From positions 1 through 46,502 of the forward strand of contig CAZHXK010000001.1 in the NCBI GenBank assembly GCA_964536565.1: 46,502 bases of DNA, in the 5' to 3' direction. This document shows positions 1-8,083 of the stretch, in pieces. The notes below the pieces were generated by a model. The model was not told where the DNA came from and searched no databases. It was given only the letters and a program-made list of their open reading frames with translations. Each line of letters begins with the position of its first letter. Position 1 is the first letter of the stretch. The DNA comes from an uncultured Gammaproteobacteria bacterium. Its GTDB lineage: Bacteria > Patescibacteriota > Patescibacteriia > Magasanikbacterales > GCA-002688135. The position numbers and the translations under genes are program-made.

Positions 1-2
1 AA

Positions 3-374
3 GTTCCGCCAAGCATCATTCAGGATGCGTCCGGCGCAGACTTGGACGTCAAGGATTTTTACGACATGCGGAAAGCCCACCCAGATAATAATTGGGTGTG
101 GGAGGAAAAGGAACGAGCAATCATGCGGCATTTTCATAAGGTGGCGTGGGGAGATGCGATTCTTGTTTTAAACGAAGAAAAAAATGGTATTGATGGGTAT
201 GTTGGCGCAAACACATTAATGGAAATGGGCTTAGCGCTCTACTTGGATAAGAAGATTTTTTTACTACATGATATTCCTGAGATTTCTTACAAAGAGGAGA
301 TTCTTGGGATGAGGCCTGTATTATTACACGGCAAACTAGAAGCATTGTATGAAAAAGAGCTTGCTACAAACTAA
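3..374 (+). CDS. partial (5' end off-window) nucleoside 2-deoxyribosyltransferase-like small protein
   Basis: The frame is open from the window edge to TAA at 372-374. The segment GYVGANTLMEMGLALYLDKKIFLL resembles the C-terminal half of deoxyribosyltransferase-type Rossmann-like folds. Family assignment is by eye only. Confidence 0.5.
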   Translation, partial: VPPSIIQDASGADLDVKDFYDMRKAHPDNNWVWEEKERAIMRHFHKVAWGDAILVLNEEKNGIDGYVGANTLMEMGLALYLDKKIFLLHDIPEISYKEEILGMRPVLLHGKLEALYEKELATN

Positions 375-1074
375 AAACGTCACCGTGCAGTATGGTGGTG
401 TGACAGCACTCAAACGTGCCAGCGTTGCAATTGGTGAGGGGGAAATTGTTGCACTGATGGGGCCCAATGGTGCTGGGAAATCCACCGTTATTAAATCGAT
501 GTTTGGATTGGCACCGATTTCTTCTGGCGAGGTTCTACTGCACGAAGCTCCATACACCCCCATTCCACATCAGATCGTGCACAAGGGCGTTTCTTACGTG
601 CCTCAGGGCCGACGTGTGTTTACTCACCTTAGTGTGTACGAAAACCTGGAGATCGGTGGATATATCGTTCCAGATAAGTCCTTAGTGGAGGATAGAATCA
701 CCCAAGCATTTGATTTGTTTCCTGACTTAAAAAAGAAAAGGGATAATGCGTCGGGGACATTATCTGGCGGACAGCAGCAAATGCTCGCGATCGCACGTGG
801 ATTGATGACAGACCCTAACGTACTACTACTAGATGAACCGTCACTTGGTCTAGCGCCAAAAATTGTTAAAGAAGTTTTTGAGCTAGTTGCTCGTATTAAT
901 GAAGAGCGGCACACCGCAATATTGATAGTTGAACACAATTTACAAAGTTTACTTCCCATAGCGCATCGTGCATATGTACTGGATCACGGCGAAGTTGTCG
1001 TAACAGGAGATGCTACCAATATAGGACAAAGTGATATCCTCGAGCGCGTATTCATGGGAACATACAAAAAATAA
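349..1074 (+). CDS. livF: ABC transporter ATP-binding protein, LivF (branched-chain amino acid) type
   Basis: Walker A GPNGAGKST, ABC signature LSGGQQQ and Walker B LLLDEPS are present. It overlaps the upstream gene by 26 nt; the in-frame TTG at 361 is an alternative start. No permease gene is adjacent in this window. Confidence 0.9.
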   Translation: MKKSLLQTKNVTVQYGGVTALKRASVAIGEGEIVALMGPNGAGKSTVIKSMFGLAPISSGEVLLHEAPYTPIPHQIVHKGVSYVPQGRRVFTHLSVYENLEIGGYIVPDKSLVEDRITQAFDLFPDLKKKRDNASGTLSGGQQQMLAIARGLMTDPNVLLLDEPSLGLAPKIVKEVFELVARINEERHTAILIVEHNLQSLLPIAHRAYVLDHGEVVVTGDATNIGQSDILERVFMGTYKK

Positions 1075-1080
1075 TCGAAT

Positions 1081-1110
1081 AAAAAAAGCGACCACGTAGG
1101 TCGCTTTTGT
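1081..1110. terminator. bidirectional intrinsic terminator
   Basis: A-run, stem GCGACC/GGTCGC (1088-1093 / 1099-1104), then T-run. It sits between convergent genes. Confidence 0.7.
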
Positions 1111-1114
1111 AATC

Positions 1115-1702
1115 CTAGCGCTTCCGGAAAAGGAAGTCGCCAACCCGATCTGTAAGTCGTCCAAACTGTTCTTCCATCTCCTCGATGCGTCGATCTGCAC
1201 GCTTGGCGAATCGCTCGCCACTTTCCACCACATCATCCAGGAACCTTTCTACATCTCTCCAGAGATCCTGTCCGGTTTTTTCCGCTGATCGTGCTGCTTT
1301 GGCTGCCTCTTCTCTCAGAACCTTGCTGTACAGCAGGTTCGCATCAACGCCATCTACAAGCATCGTCTTCTTCTTTCCTTTGGGACTACGCCGTCCTGAC
1401 AGAAGTACACGCAGATCGCGAGTCAAAGAGAATGAATCCCACGATGTGTCTATCATCCACAGCTGAGCCCTGTCCGACGAAGACGTGTTTACCTTGTCGC
1501 CGTATTCCAATTCACTATGAACGACCCCGTTTGCGTCAGCCTCCATCGTCTTCACTGTGAAACCAGACTTCAGCTCGAATCGACTCTTCATGAACCGACG
1601 CATCAGGACTGGATCAACCGTCACATCCTTGAGGACAATCGTCCTCACGACGTCATGATCGAAAAAAGCAGTACGGTCTTCGGGGTTAAATATAAAGGGC
1701 AT
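1115..1702 (-). CDS. hypothetical protein
   Basis: 195-codon ORF. No domain recognised. The C-terminal third is charged and helical (EEAAKAARSAEK...RRIEEMEEQF). Confidence 0.65.
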   Translation of the reverse strand: MPFIFNPEDRTAFFDHDVVRTIVLKDVTVDPVLMRRFMKSRFELKSGFTVKTMEADANGVVHSELEYGDKVNTSSSDRAQLWMIDTSWDSFSLTRDLRVLLSGRRSPKGKKKTMLVDGVDANLLYSKVLREEAAKAARSAEKTGQDLWRDVERFLDDVVESGERFAKRADRRIEEMEEQFGRLTDRVGDFLFRKR

Positions 1703-1838
1703 GTCGGTCTCCTTCTTGTAGTTTTACTCAGCACTTGACTATAAAATATACCGTTCTCGCGCGATGTTGTCAATGGCTCAGTATATGTTCCACTCTCTAA
1801 TTCTCTCATAACCAAAAACAGCCTCTCGGCTGTCCTTG

Positions 1839-2564
1839 TTACGCGATTAGTTTTCTTCGATTTTTACTGAAGTCATATATCATCTCCGTCCCCTCTTCAT
1901 TTGTGATATCGCACGCTGCCAGCAAACTCACCAGTGCACCCACATGTTCAGCATTATCCATTTTACTGAGATAGTGCCAGTCCAGCGCTCGCATCACAAT
2001 TTTTTGAGGATTATTCTCGAATGTTATTTGTTGTGGTGGCTGTGTGGATCTGTCGATCATCGCATGCGATCCGATAAAATTAACAAACGATGCAAACGTC
2101 TGTTCATTACATACATCTCCTAGAACTTCGCGCGTCTGCTCATGGAATGAGCTCATTTGAGTCAGAAAGTGCTCAATGTTCTGTGTTGATGACAATCTAG
2201 GAAATCGAGTCTTCCTTTTTGTTTTACATGTCTCTCCGTACAGCATCTTCACGATCATGTCCTGGCTTTCAGAGACGGGTGATTCATCTACCACTTCGAC
2301 TGCAACATATTCCTCAATGATTCGAACAAGATACTTCCCACTTAAAAAATCTTCAGGTTTTTTTTCATCACAAATCTGCACTGAGTACGCAGTTCCTGCT
2401 TCTGGAATAAAACTATCTCGACTATCCAGCTCGATGGATTTTCGTACACCTGCAATTCCAGCAGATACATACACTGCATAGCCTTTTCCGCGACGTCCCG
2501 AACGCATTACTTTTTCAAATGTCACGTTTTGAATTATGTTACTTGTGCGTTCCTCATTTTTCAT
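1839..2564 (-). CDS. hypothetical protein
   Basis: 241-codon ORF with no clear Shine-Dalgarno. The N-terminal half looks beta-rich and the C-terminal half helical. No family recognised. Confidence 0.6.
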   Translation of the reverse strand: MKNEERTSNIIQNVTFEKVMRSGRRGKGYAVYVSAGIAGVRKSIELDSRDSFIPEAGTAYSVQICDEKKPEDFLSGKYLVRIIEEYVAVEVVDESPVSESQDMIVKMLYGETCKTKRKTRFPRLSSTQNIEHFLTQMSSFHEQTREVLGDVCNEQTFASFVNFIGSHAMIDRSTQPPQQITFENNPQKIVMRALDWHYLSKMDNAEHVGALVSLLAACDITNEEGTEMIYDFSKNRRKLIA

Positions 2565-2593
2565 AAAAGTCTAATTTTTCTGCGTTTTTTTGC

Positions 2594-2622
2594 TTGACAA
2601 AATCGGTTTTTCGTGCTATACT
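2594..2622 (+). promoter_or_regulatory. sigma70-type promoter (TTGACA-17 nt-TGcTATACT)
   Basis: -35 TTGACA at 2594-2599, 17-nt spacer, extended -10 gTGcTATACT ending at 2622. Confidence 0.75.
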
Positions 2623-2628
2623 TGTCTT

Positions 2629-3028
2629 GTAATGGAGAAATCCTTTGTATGGATCTCAACATTATCAGTTCATTCTTTACATGACGTCTATACCTCTCTG
2701 AGGTTCTCTCTCAAAGGTTGCCATCGTGCCAACCTACGTGTTCAACTATGTATCCCTTTACCCGATACGTAGTCACTTAGCGTCTGCATCAACGCTATTT
2801 GAGGTTATCGCTTGAGAAAAAAATGTTAATCTTTTTTTCACGCGATAGCCTCAGCTTCCCTACTCTTACGCACTGAAAGCATCATCTGCAGTACGAATGA
2901 GACCTACATGGTCTCGCATTGAGCTCAATAGTTTTACGTTTCTTTGCGAACATCTTACTTTCGTCTTGTTAACCAAATGAGACAGCCTACGTTCGCTTTC
3001 GCCTCTCTGTACGCAGGGGGGCTTTTTT
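2629..3028 (+). ncRNA. candidate structured non-coding RNA 1 (unknown family), about 400 nt
   Basis: Starts at the consensus promoter and ends at a plus-strand hairpin plus T-run (3001-3030). The longest sense ORF after the TSS is 46 codons with no SD. It contains a long hairpin at 2801-2852 (GAGGTTATCGC...GCGATAGCCTC with inner GAAAAAAA/TTTTTTTC) and GAGACC-tacat-GGTCTC at about 2906-2922. Confidence 0.5.
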
Positions 3029-3030
3029 AT
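3001..3030 (+). terminator. intrinsic terminator of candidate ncRNA 1
   Basis: GC-rich stem GCCTCTC...GGGGGGC followed by TTTTTTATT. There is no T-run on the other strand, so it works for the plus strand only. Confidence 0.6.
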
Positions 3031-3488
3031 TGCAAAACAGCTCTTTCTACCGCCATGTTGCAACACACCGTTGTTAATCCCTGCATCCCTGCACTCCGAT
3101 AGGTATCTAAGTCCGTAGCTAAAATTAGGAAACTGCCTTTAGTGGCTGGAACTACGATCGATGAACCGTCACTAGACGTTATGTTTACCATACCAGACTT
3201 TGCCAAACCCGTAAGTACTGACATAACCTGAGGATCTACCCCACCGACTACCTCTAAAATCAATCCCTTTCCAGCCGAAATATTATTACAAATCAGCGGC
3301 AGTACATCTTCCTGATTTTGATCGGCAAGAATCAGGTGCGGTAATGATGACCGAAAGACCTGACGACACACCTCATTACGCTCTCCCTCATTGAACACAA
3401 CCGTTCCCATCGGAAAGACACCTTCTATTTGTGATTGCCTGAGATGAGCTACAAAATCTTTTATAATATGATTACCTCCTTCTTTCAT
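3027..3488 (-). CDS. hypothetical protein (weak resemblance to the central part of MoxR/AAA_5 ATPases, no Walker A)
   Basis: 153-codon ORF. The segment GLILEVVGGVDPQVMSVLTGLAKSGMVNITSSDGSSIVVPATKGSFLILATD resembles the Walker-B-to-sensor-1 region of AAA ATPases, but no P-loop is present. A TATAAT (3519-3524, minus strand) lies upstream. Confidence 0.55.
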   Translation of the reverse strand: MKEGGNHIIKDFVAHLRQSQIEGVFPMGTVVFNEGERNEVCRQVFRSSLPHLILADQNQEDVLPLICNNISAGKGLILEVVGGVDPQVMSVLTGLAKSGMVNITSSDGSSIVVPATKGSFLILATDLDTYRSAGMQGLTTVCCNMAVERAVLQ

Positions 3489-3643
3489 AATGCTGCACAG
3501 TAGTTTGATTTGTTTTTTATTATACCAAAATTGTTGAATTTATAATAATGTTATATAGAATGCAGTAATACTTGCACTTATGACCCCTGTTTGTTAGAAT
3601 CGATCTCCGTTGTTTGAGAGATAAATTGTTTTATTTGTAGTAT

Positions 3644-3716
3644 CGGGCTGTGGCGCAGTTGGTAGCGCGCGTCGTTTGGGACGATGAGGCCGTGAGTTCA
3701 AGTCTCACCAGCCCGA
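3644..3716 (+). tRNA. tRNA-Pro (anticodon UGG)
   Basis: Cloverleaf folded by hand: acceptor CGGGCTG/CAGCCCG, D stem GCGC/GCGC, anticodon stem CGTCG/CGATG, loop TTTGGGA, T arm GTGAG-TTCAAGT-CTCAC. No encoded CCA. Confidence 0.93.
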
Positions 3717-3785
3717 TTTTGTAAATAAGACACTCAACTCACCTAGGTCCCTGGGCTTGATACTGTAAATAAGACTCTAGCAACT

Positions 3786-3822
3786 AAAAAATCCGCCGTG
3801 GTGAGCAGCGGATTTTTTTTAT
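3786..3822 (+). terminator. intrinsic terminator after tRNA-Pro
   Basis: ATCCGC...GCGGAT stem followed by T8. Confidence 0.7.
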
Positions 3823-4082
3823 TTAGACAATGGATCTGGTTAGATCGCCACCACTACCAATGGTTTGTCTAAAATTCAACACACTTGCGAATACGCGCGT
3901 ACAACCCATCGGCTGCGCTACATACTCCAATAACCTCTTTGGTCGACTATGCTTATACAATAGCACTAAAACACTAAAAGTCAATCTTAATCGCGAAAGT
4001 TATGCACAGAGAGTCCGACTCGCTTGCCAAATTTGGTCGGGTGCTTTAAGGTGAATTTTGGATATAAGGAGGCTTTGGTACA

Positions 4083-4748
4083 TTGAAGTATCGAGCAGTA
4101 GTAGATCGCGTTGCGTTGGACTTAACCACATTCATGGTAAGTCTCAAGCAGATGAATGTTCTTTTAACACAAGATGAAGTTCGCAGAATCTTGGAAACTC
4201 TGGGCTTTGAATCTTCCTTTCTTCGTGTCATCGATGACTTGCGTTGGTGTAGTGATATCTCTGTATACACACCCAACGCTCGCGTCAGTGAAGCACCTTG
4301 GCGCTCGGACTGTTCCAGCCTTATCAAATGGGCTTTTGGTCGATCCGGTATCCACATTCCTCGGCTGACTATTCAGCAGCGTGAGTTTGGACAACGCGTC
4401 GACTTTGATCACATACGAGCTCATGATCTTGTTTTCATGAACGGGGCCCGTCATAACTACTTTATCAATGATCCGTCTGATGGAGTCGGACATGTCGGGG
4501 TATACACCCGACGTGACACCGTCATTCATCTCACAAGAGAAGGTTTAGTAGAAGAATCAATCTCCGATCTTTTTTTGCGTCGCGATTTCCGCGGTGCGGT
4601 TCGGATCATCTCGAATCCACTCTCAACCATCGTTCTGAAAATCCCCCCGACAATTGATGTGGAATCCGAAGATGATTTAACGTGGCTGTTGTTACGACAA
4701 CTCCCCAAGATTGTTGCACAAAAAAGGCGCGCTGCTGCGAGCCTGTAA
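4083..4748 (+). CDS. NlpC/P60 (C40) family cell-wall peptidase
   Basis: AGGAGG at 4067-4072 precedes the TTG start. Catalytic Cys context SDCSSLIKWAF and His context DGVGHVGVYT are typical of NlpC/P60. Confidence 0.8.
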   Translation: MKYRAVVDRVALDLTTFMVSLKQMNVLLTQDEVRRILETLGFESSFLRVIDDLRWCSDISVYTPNARVSEAPWRSDCSSLIKWAFGRSGIHIPRLTIQQREFGQRVDFDHIRAHDLVFMNGARHNYFINDPSDGVGHVGVYTRRDTVIHLTREGLVEESISDLFLRRDFRGAVRIISNPLSTIVLKIPPTIDVESEDDLTWLLLRQLPKIVAQKRRAAASL

Positions 4749-4754
4749 TTGCTT

Positions 4755-4778
4755 CCGGGCTCAGTCCCGGTTTTTTTA
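4755..4778 (+). terminator. intrinsic terminator
   Basis: CCGGG-ctcagt-CCCGG followed by T7. Confidence 0.7.
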
Positions 4779-4793
4779 TTTGATAGAGAATAC

Positions 4794-6032
4794 CTAAGCC
4801 ACAACGCCCCTCAACTTCATGGCTTCGACGATCCGATTAAGCGCGGAGATGAATGCAGCTTCACGTAATGTCGTATTATACTTCTGAGCCGTCCCCCACA
4901 CATCCTCCAACGCATTCTCCATAATAGGCTGTAGTCTTGAAAGTACTTCTTGCTCAGTCCAGTAGAACTGTTGTCTGTTTTGTACCCACTCAAAGTAGCT
5001 TACCGTGACGCCTCCTGCGTTCGCTAGTACGTCTGGTACGAGTGTGACGCCTTGTCCTGCAAGTATACTGTCAGCCTCTGGTGTCGTTGGACCATTGGCT
5101 AATTCTAAAATTATTGATGCTTTGATATTCGCAGCATTGTCCTTCGTGATTTGATTATCTAGAGCAGCTGGAATGAGAACATCACAAGCAACCTCTAGCA
5201 ATTCTTCATTCGTAAGCTTGGTGCCCTCTGCTCCAGTCACAGACCCTGTTTCTTTTTTGATACTCATCACGGCCTCAGGATTCAGACCATGCTCGTTGTA
5301 AATTCCTCCTCGTGAGTCTGAAACTGCAACGATCGTACACCCTGCTTTATGTAAAATATCCGCTGCAAAATATCCAGCATTTCCGAAACCTTGTACTGCA
5401 ACTTTCAACCCATTCGCGTTCTTACCCAACTTTTTGAGCAGTGATAGAAGTACGTACACTCCCCCTTGCGCTGTCGCCGTCCCTCGCCCCTGTGAACCAC
5501 CAAGCGCAATTGGCTTACCCGTGATAACGCCCGGCTCTGAACGCCCAACTGTCTTTTCGTATTCATCCAGCATGTATGCCATGATTTGTGGATTTGTGTA
5601 TACGTCTGGCGCTGGAATATCTTGATCGACACCGATGTCCTCTGCCATAGCTCTCGCCCATCCACGTGCTACTTTTTCTATTTCTTTTTCTGAAAGCTCT
5701 TTAGGATTAACCTTCACTCCGCCCTTCCCGCCTCCAAGCGGGATTCCCACAACCGCGCATTTAATCGACATGAGTGCAGCAAGTGCCTTTACTTCATGAA
5801 TATCAGCTTCGTGATGGAACCGAATGCCTCCCTTGTATGGACCACGTGCATTATTAAACTGTACGCGATATGCAGGAAATGATGCATTGGATCCGTCGTC
5901 TTTTGTAATGTCGATGGTTTTCTCTATAATCTTATTTGGCTCAGACATTTTCTTAACCATGCTGTCGTCCAGCCCCAACTTTTCAGCAGTCTTCTTCAGT
6001 GTCTCAATGTAGTTTTCAAATGGATTTGGCAT
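4794..6032 (-). CDS. gdhA: glutamate dehydrogenase (Glu/Leu/Phe/Val dehydrogenase family)
   Basis: Active-site region KGGIRFHHEADIHEVKALAALMSIKCAVVGIPLGGGKGG and dinucleotide fold VAVQGFGNAGYF. The ORF is full length at 412 aa. Confidence 0.95.
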   Translation of the reverse strand: MPNPFENYIETLKKTAEKLGLDDSMVKKMSEPNKIIEKTIDITKDDGSNASFPAYRVQFNNARGPYKGGIRFHHEADIHEVKALAALMSIKCAVVGIPLGGGKGGVKVNPKELSEKEIEKVARGWARAMAEDIGVDQDIPAPDVYTNPQIMAYMLDEYEKTVGRSEPGVITGKPIALGGSQGRGTATAQGGVYVLLSLLKKLGKNANGLKVAVQGFGNAGYFAADILHKAGCTIVAVSDSRGGIYNEHGLNPEAVMSIKKETGSVTGAEGTKLTNEELLEVACDVLIPAALDNQITKDNAANIKASIILELANGPTTPEADSILAGQGVTLVPDVLANAGGVTVSYFEWVQNRQQFYWTEQEVLSRLQPIMENALEDVWGTAQKYNTTLREAAFISALNRIVEAMKLRGVVA

Positions 6033-6134
6033 AGAAATAAGTCAATGTATAGTAGTTCAAAGTAACAAGTGATATGTGGTATGTCAAAACAAAAACGCTA
6101 TTGCCGCGTTGCGAGCAGAATGACGCTTGTTCCT

Positions 6135-7022
6135 TTATTTCTTAACTGGAAGAGGTGGAGATTTTTTGTTTAGAGTGAGATAGATTCCCGCCATAACCAC
6201 AGCAGAAAATGGCACCGATACCAACGTTCCGACACCTAGCAATAGCACGGACAACATATGTATGAGCTCCACCACGAAGAGAATCAGGAGTATGTCCATT
6301 TTTGCTCCCCGCGTGACATGAGCAGACATGTTGAATGCATCAAACAGCTTAGTGTTTTTTTCAAGTAGATAGAATGGAAACAATCCGTACTTGAGACTGA
6401 AATAGACACCAGGAACAATAAATAGGATAAATCCAAACCCGACAAGAATTCCGTACATTATTGATCCGAGAACAAAACGGCTGAACACTGTAAGACCCAC
6501 GAATAAGTTATTGAATGTGGCTTTCTTTTTTTGCACAATCGCGAGTGTCATTGCTACTAAGCCCAGCTCGAGATACATATTGATGAGTGTGCCAAACAAA
6601 CTCGTCATTGATTCAATCAGTCTGTTCTCTGGTGCTATCCAGGCAGGAATTTCTGTGCCAACTGTGACCGCAAAAATGAACAATGTAGAAAGCACGAGTA
6701 ACCAGAAATGCTTTTTTGTTAGATCCCATCCTGTTTTTAACTGCTTCTTCAGCGAAAGCGTGATGTTTTTATTCGATCCTTTGATGATGAGCATCAAACC
6801 AATGACTAATCCAAACACTGCAGCAAGGCCAACGTATACAAGTATATTCTCTATGAGATCTACTGCTCCATTTTGTAATTTGATTTCTTCGGGAAAATAG
6901 CCGGATAAACCTGGTGGAATGTTTGCCAAAAAAATCGCTGTCGCGTAGAACACGAGCGTGGTCAAGAAAATGGATATAGGGAAAACGAGTAATGAGATCC
7001 CAATGTTTCGTTTCGTGAACAT
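6135..7022 (-). CDS. polytopic membrane protein (DUF975 / GPDPase_memb-like), paralog 2
   Basis: Multiple TM helices. The motif TGWDLTKKHFWLLVLSTLF and the C-terminal PPLPVKK mirror the upstream neighbour. Confidence 0.8.
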   Translation of the reverse strand: MFTKRNIGISLLVFPISIFLTTLVFYATAIFLANIPPGLSGYFPEEIKLQNGAVDLIENILVYVGLAAVFGLVIGLMLIIKGSNKNITLSLKKQLKTGWDLTKKHFWLLVLSTLFIFAVTVGTEIPAWIAPENRLIESMTSLFGTLINMYLELGLVAMTLAIVQKKKATFNNLFVGLTVFSRFVLGSIMYGILVGFGFILFIVPGVYFSLKYGLFPFYLLEKNTKLFDAFNMSAHVTRGAKMDILLILFVVELIHMLSVLLLGVGTLVSVPFSAVVMAGIYLTLNKKSPPLPVKK

Positions 7023-7023
7023 A

Positions 7024-7947
7024 CTAAGCTACTGCTTTTTTCGGTAACGGAGGTGCCATCTTTGGAGATGCGAGTGTTGGGGTGCCACGATCTGCAATCT
7101 TTATATAGATGTAGGCCTGTCCGATTGAGATAACAGGTAATGCTACCAACAACCCAACTCCAAGCGCGAGCAACCCCCCAAGTAACACGAGCTGAGACAC
7201 AAAGCCCCACAAGAATAAATCGAGTTTAACTCCTTTCGTCCCCACACCACTCGCTTTGAGCGCTTCTATCGGTCCCATTTTTTTATCGACGATGAAGAAG
7301 AAAACCTGAGAATACTTGTACGTCCAGATAATTCCAGGAACGATCAAGAGAATGTACCCAGCAATGACGATAAGTGCATAGAGGATGTATGCAGCGATCA
7401 GCTTGAGAATAACAGGATATTGATTGAACATTGTAACGATCGTCGGTTTTTTGCTTCGTACAATATCGATAGACATTTTTAAAAAACCGATACTTAGGTA
7501 GAAGAAAATCAACTGAAGTACGAATGAAACGAGCAACTCACTGGAGAATGCAATAAGCGCAACATAAAAGACCGTCATGATTGCCATTGCTCCGAGTAAA
7601 ATGCCAAAGTGCTGTTTGGTAAGTTGCCACCCCTTACTAATAGATTCGCCTATTCCGAATAAACGATTATCTTTGTCCTTAGTAATGAAGTAAATTCCAA
7701 GTGGAATAAGAATGAAAATACCTAGCACACCCAAGATGCCCAGCATACTAGAGATAGACCTTACTGTTGACGCGACGGTATTTTGAGTACCGAAAGCATC
7801 AACAACTTCTCCTGCATCTGCCACATCCGCAGAAGACACAACCTGCTGTACGGTGTAGAAACTCGCACCACTAAACGCGACTATTGCTACCAGGAACAAT
7901 ATAAACGGCATGGCAATCATCAAGATCCCCCAGGATCGTTTTCTCAT
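7024..7947 (-). CDS. polytopic membrane protein (DUF975 / GPDPase_memb-like), paralog 1
   Basis: Multiple TM helices, with KGWQLTKQHFGILLGAMAI and C-terminal PPLPKKAVA. It lies 1 nt from its paralog. Confidence 0.8.
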   Translation of the reverse strand: MRKRSWGILMIAMPFILFLVAIVAFSGASFYTVQQVVSSADVADAGEVVDAFGTQNTVASTVRSISSMLGILGVLGIFILIPLGIYFITKDKDNRLFGIGESISKGWQLTKQHFGILLGAMAIMTVFYVALIAFSSELLVSFVLQLIFFYLSIGFLKMSIDIVRSKKPTIVTMFNQYPVILKLIAAYILYALIVIAGYILLIVPGIIWTYKYSQVFFFIVDKKMGPIEALKASGVGTKGVKLDLFLWGFVSQLVLLGGLLALGVGLLVALPVISIGQAYIYIKIADRGTPTLASPKMAPPLPKKAVA

Positions 7948-8013
7948 ACAAGTGTGTTTATAAATTAGTATATAATTATAGCATTATTACCTTTGTTTTC
8001 CCATGCATTAACC

Positions 8014-8042
8014 TTGACAGGAATGGATTTTCCTGTTATATT
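8014..8042 (+). promoter_or_regulatory. sigma70-type promoter
   Basis: TTGACA (8014-8019), 17 nt spacer, TATATT (8037-8042). Confidence 0.65.
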
Positions 8043-8083
8043 AGGCAATCGATCATTTTAAAATAGTATTCACAGGAGGCTTG

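Noticed and set aside
2629-3028. tmRNA, SRP RNA or 6S identity for candidate ncRNA 1 (and likewise for 27993-28468).
   Set aside because: There is no tRNA-like 3' end (GGTTCGA.TCC...CCA) and no 5' GGGG acceptor half or tag reading frame. There is no GGAAGCAGCC-type SRP domain IV. The length does not fit 6S.
3826-4082. c-di-AMP (ydaO-type) riboswitch in the ~250-nt region upstream of the NlpC/P60 gene, a classic context for that riboswitch.
   Set aside because: Only fragmentary resemblance (GGTGAAT, CCCATCGGCTGCGCTA), in the wrong order relative to the consensus. No clear promoter was defined. A cmsearch with RF00379 is needed before any claim.
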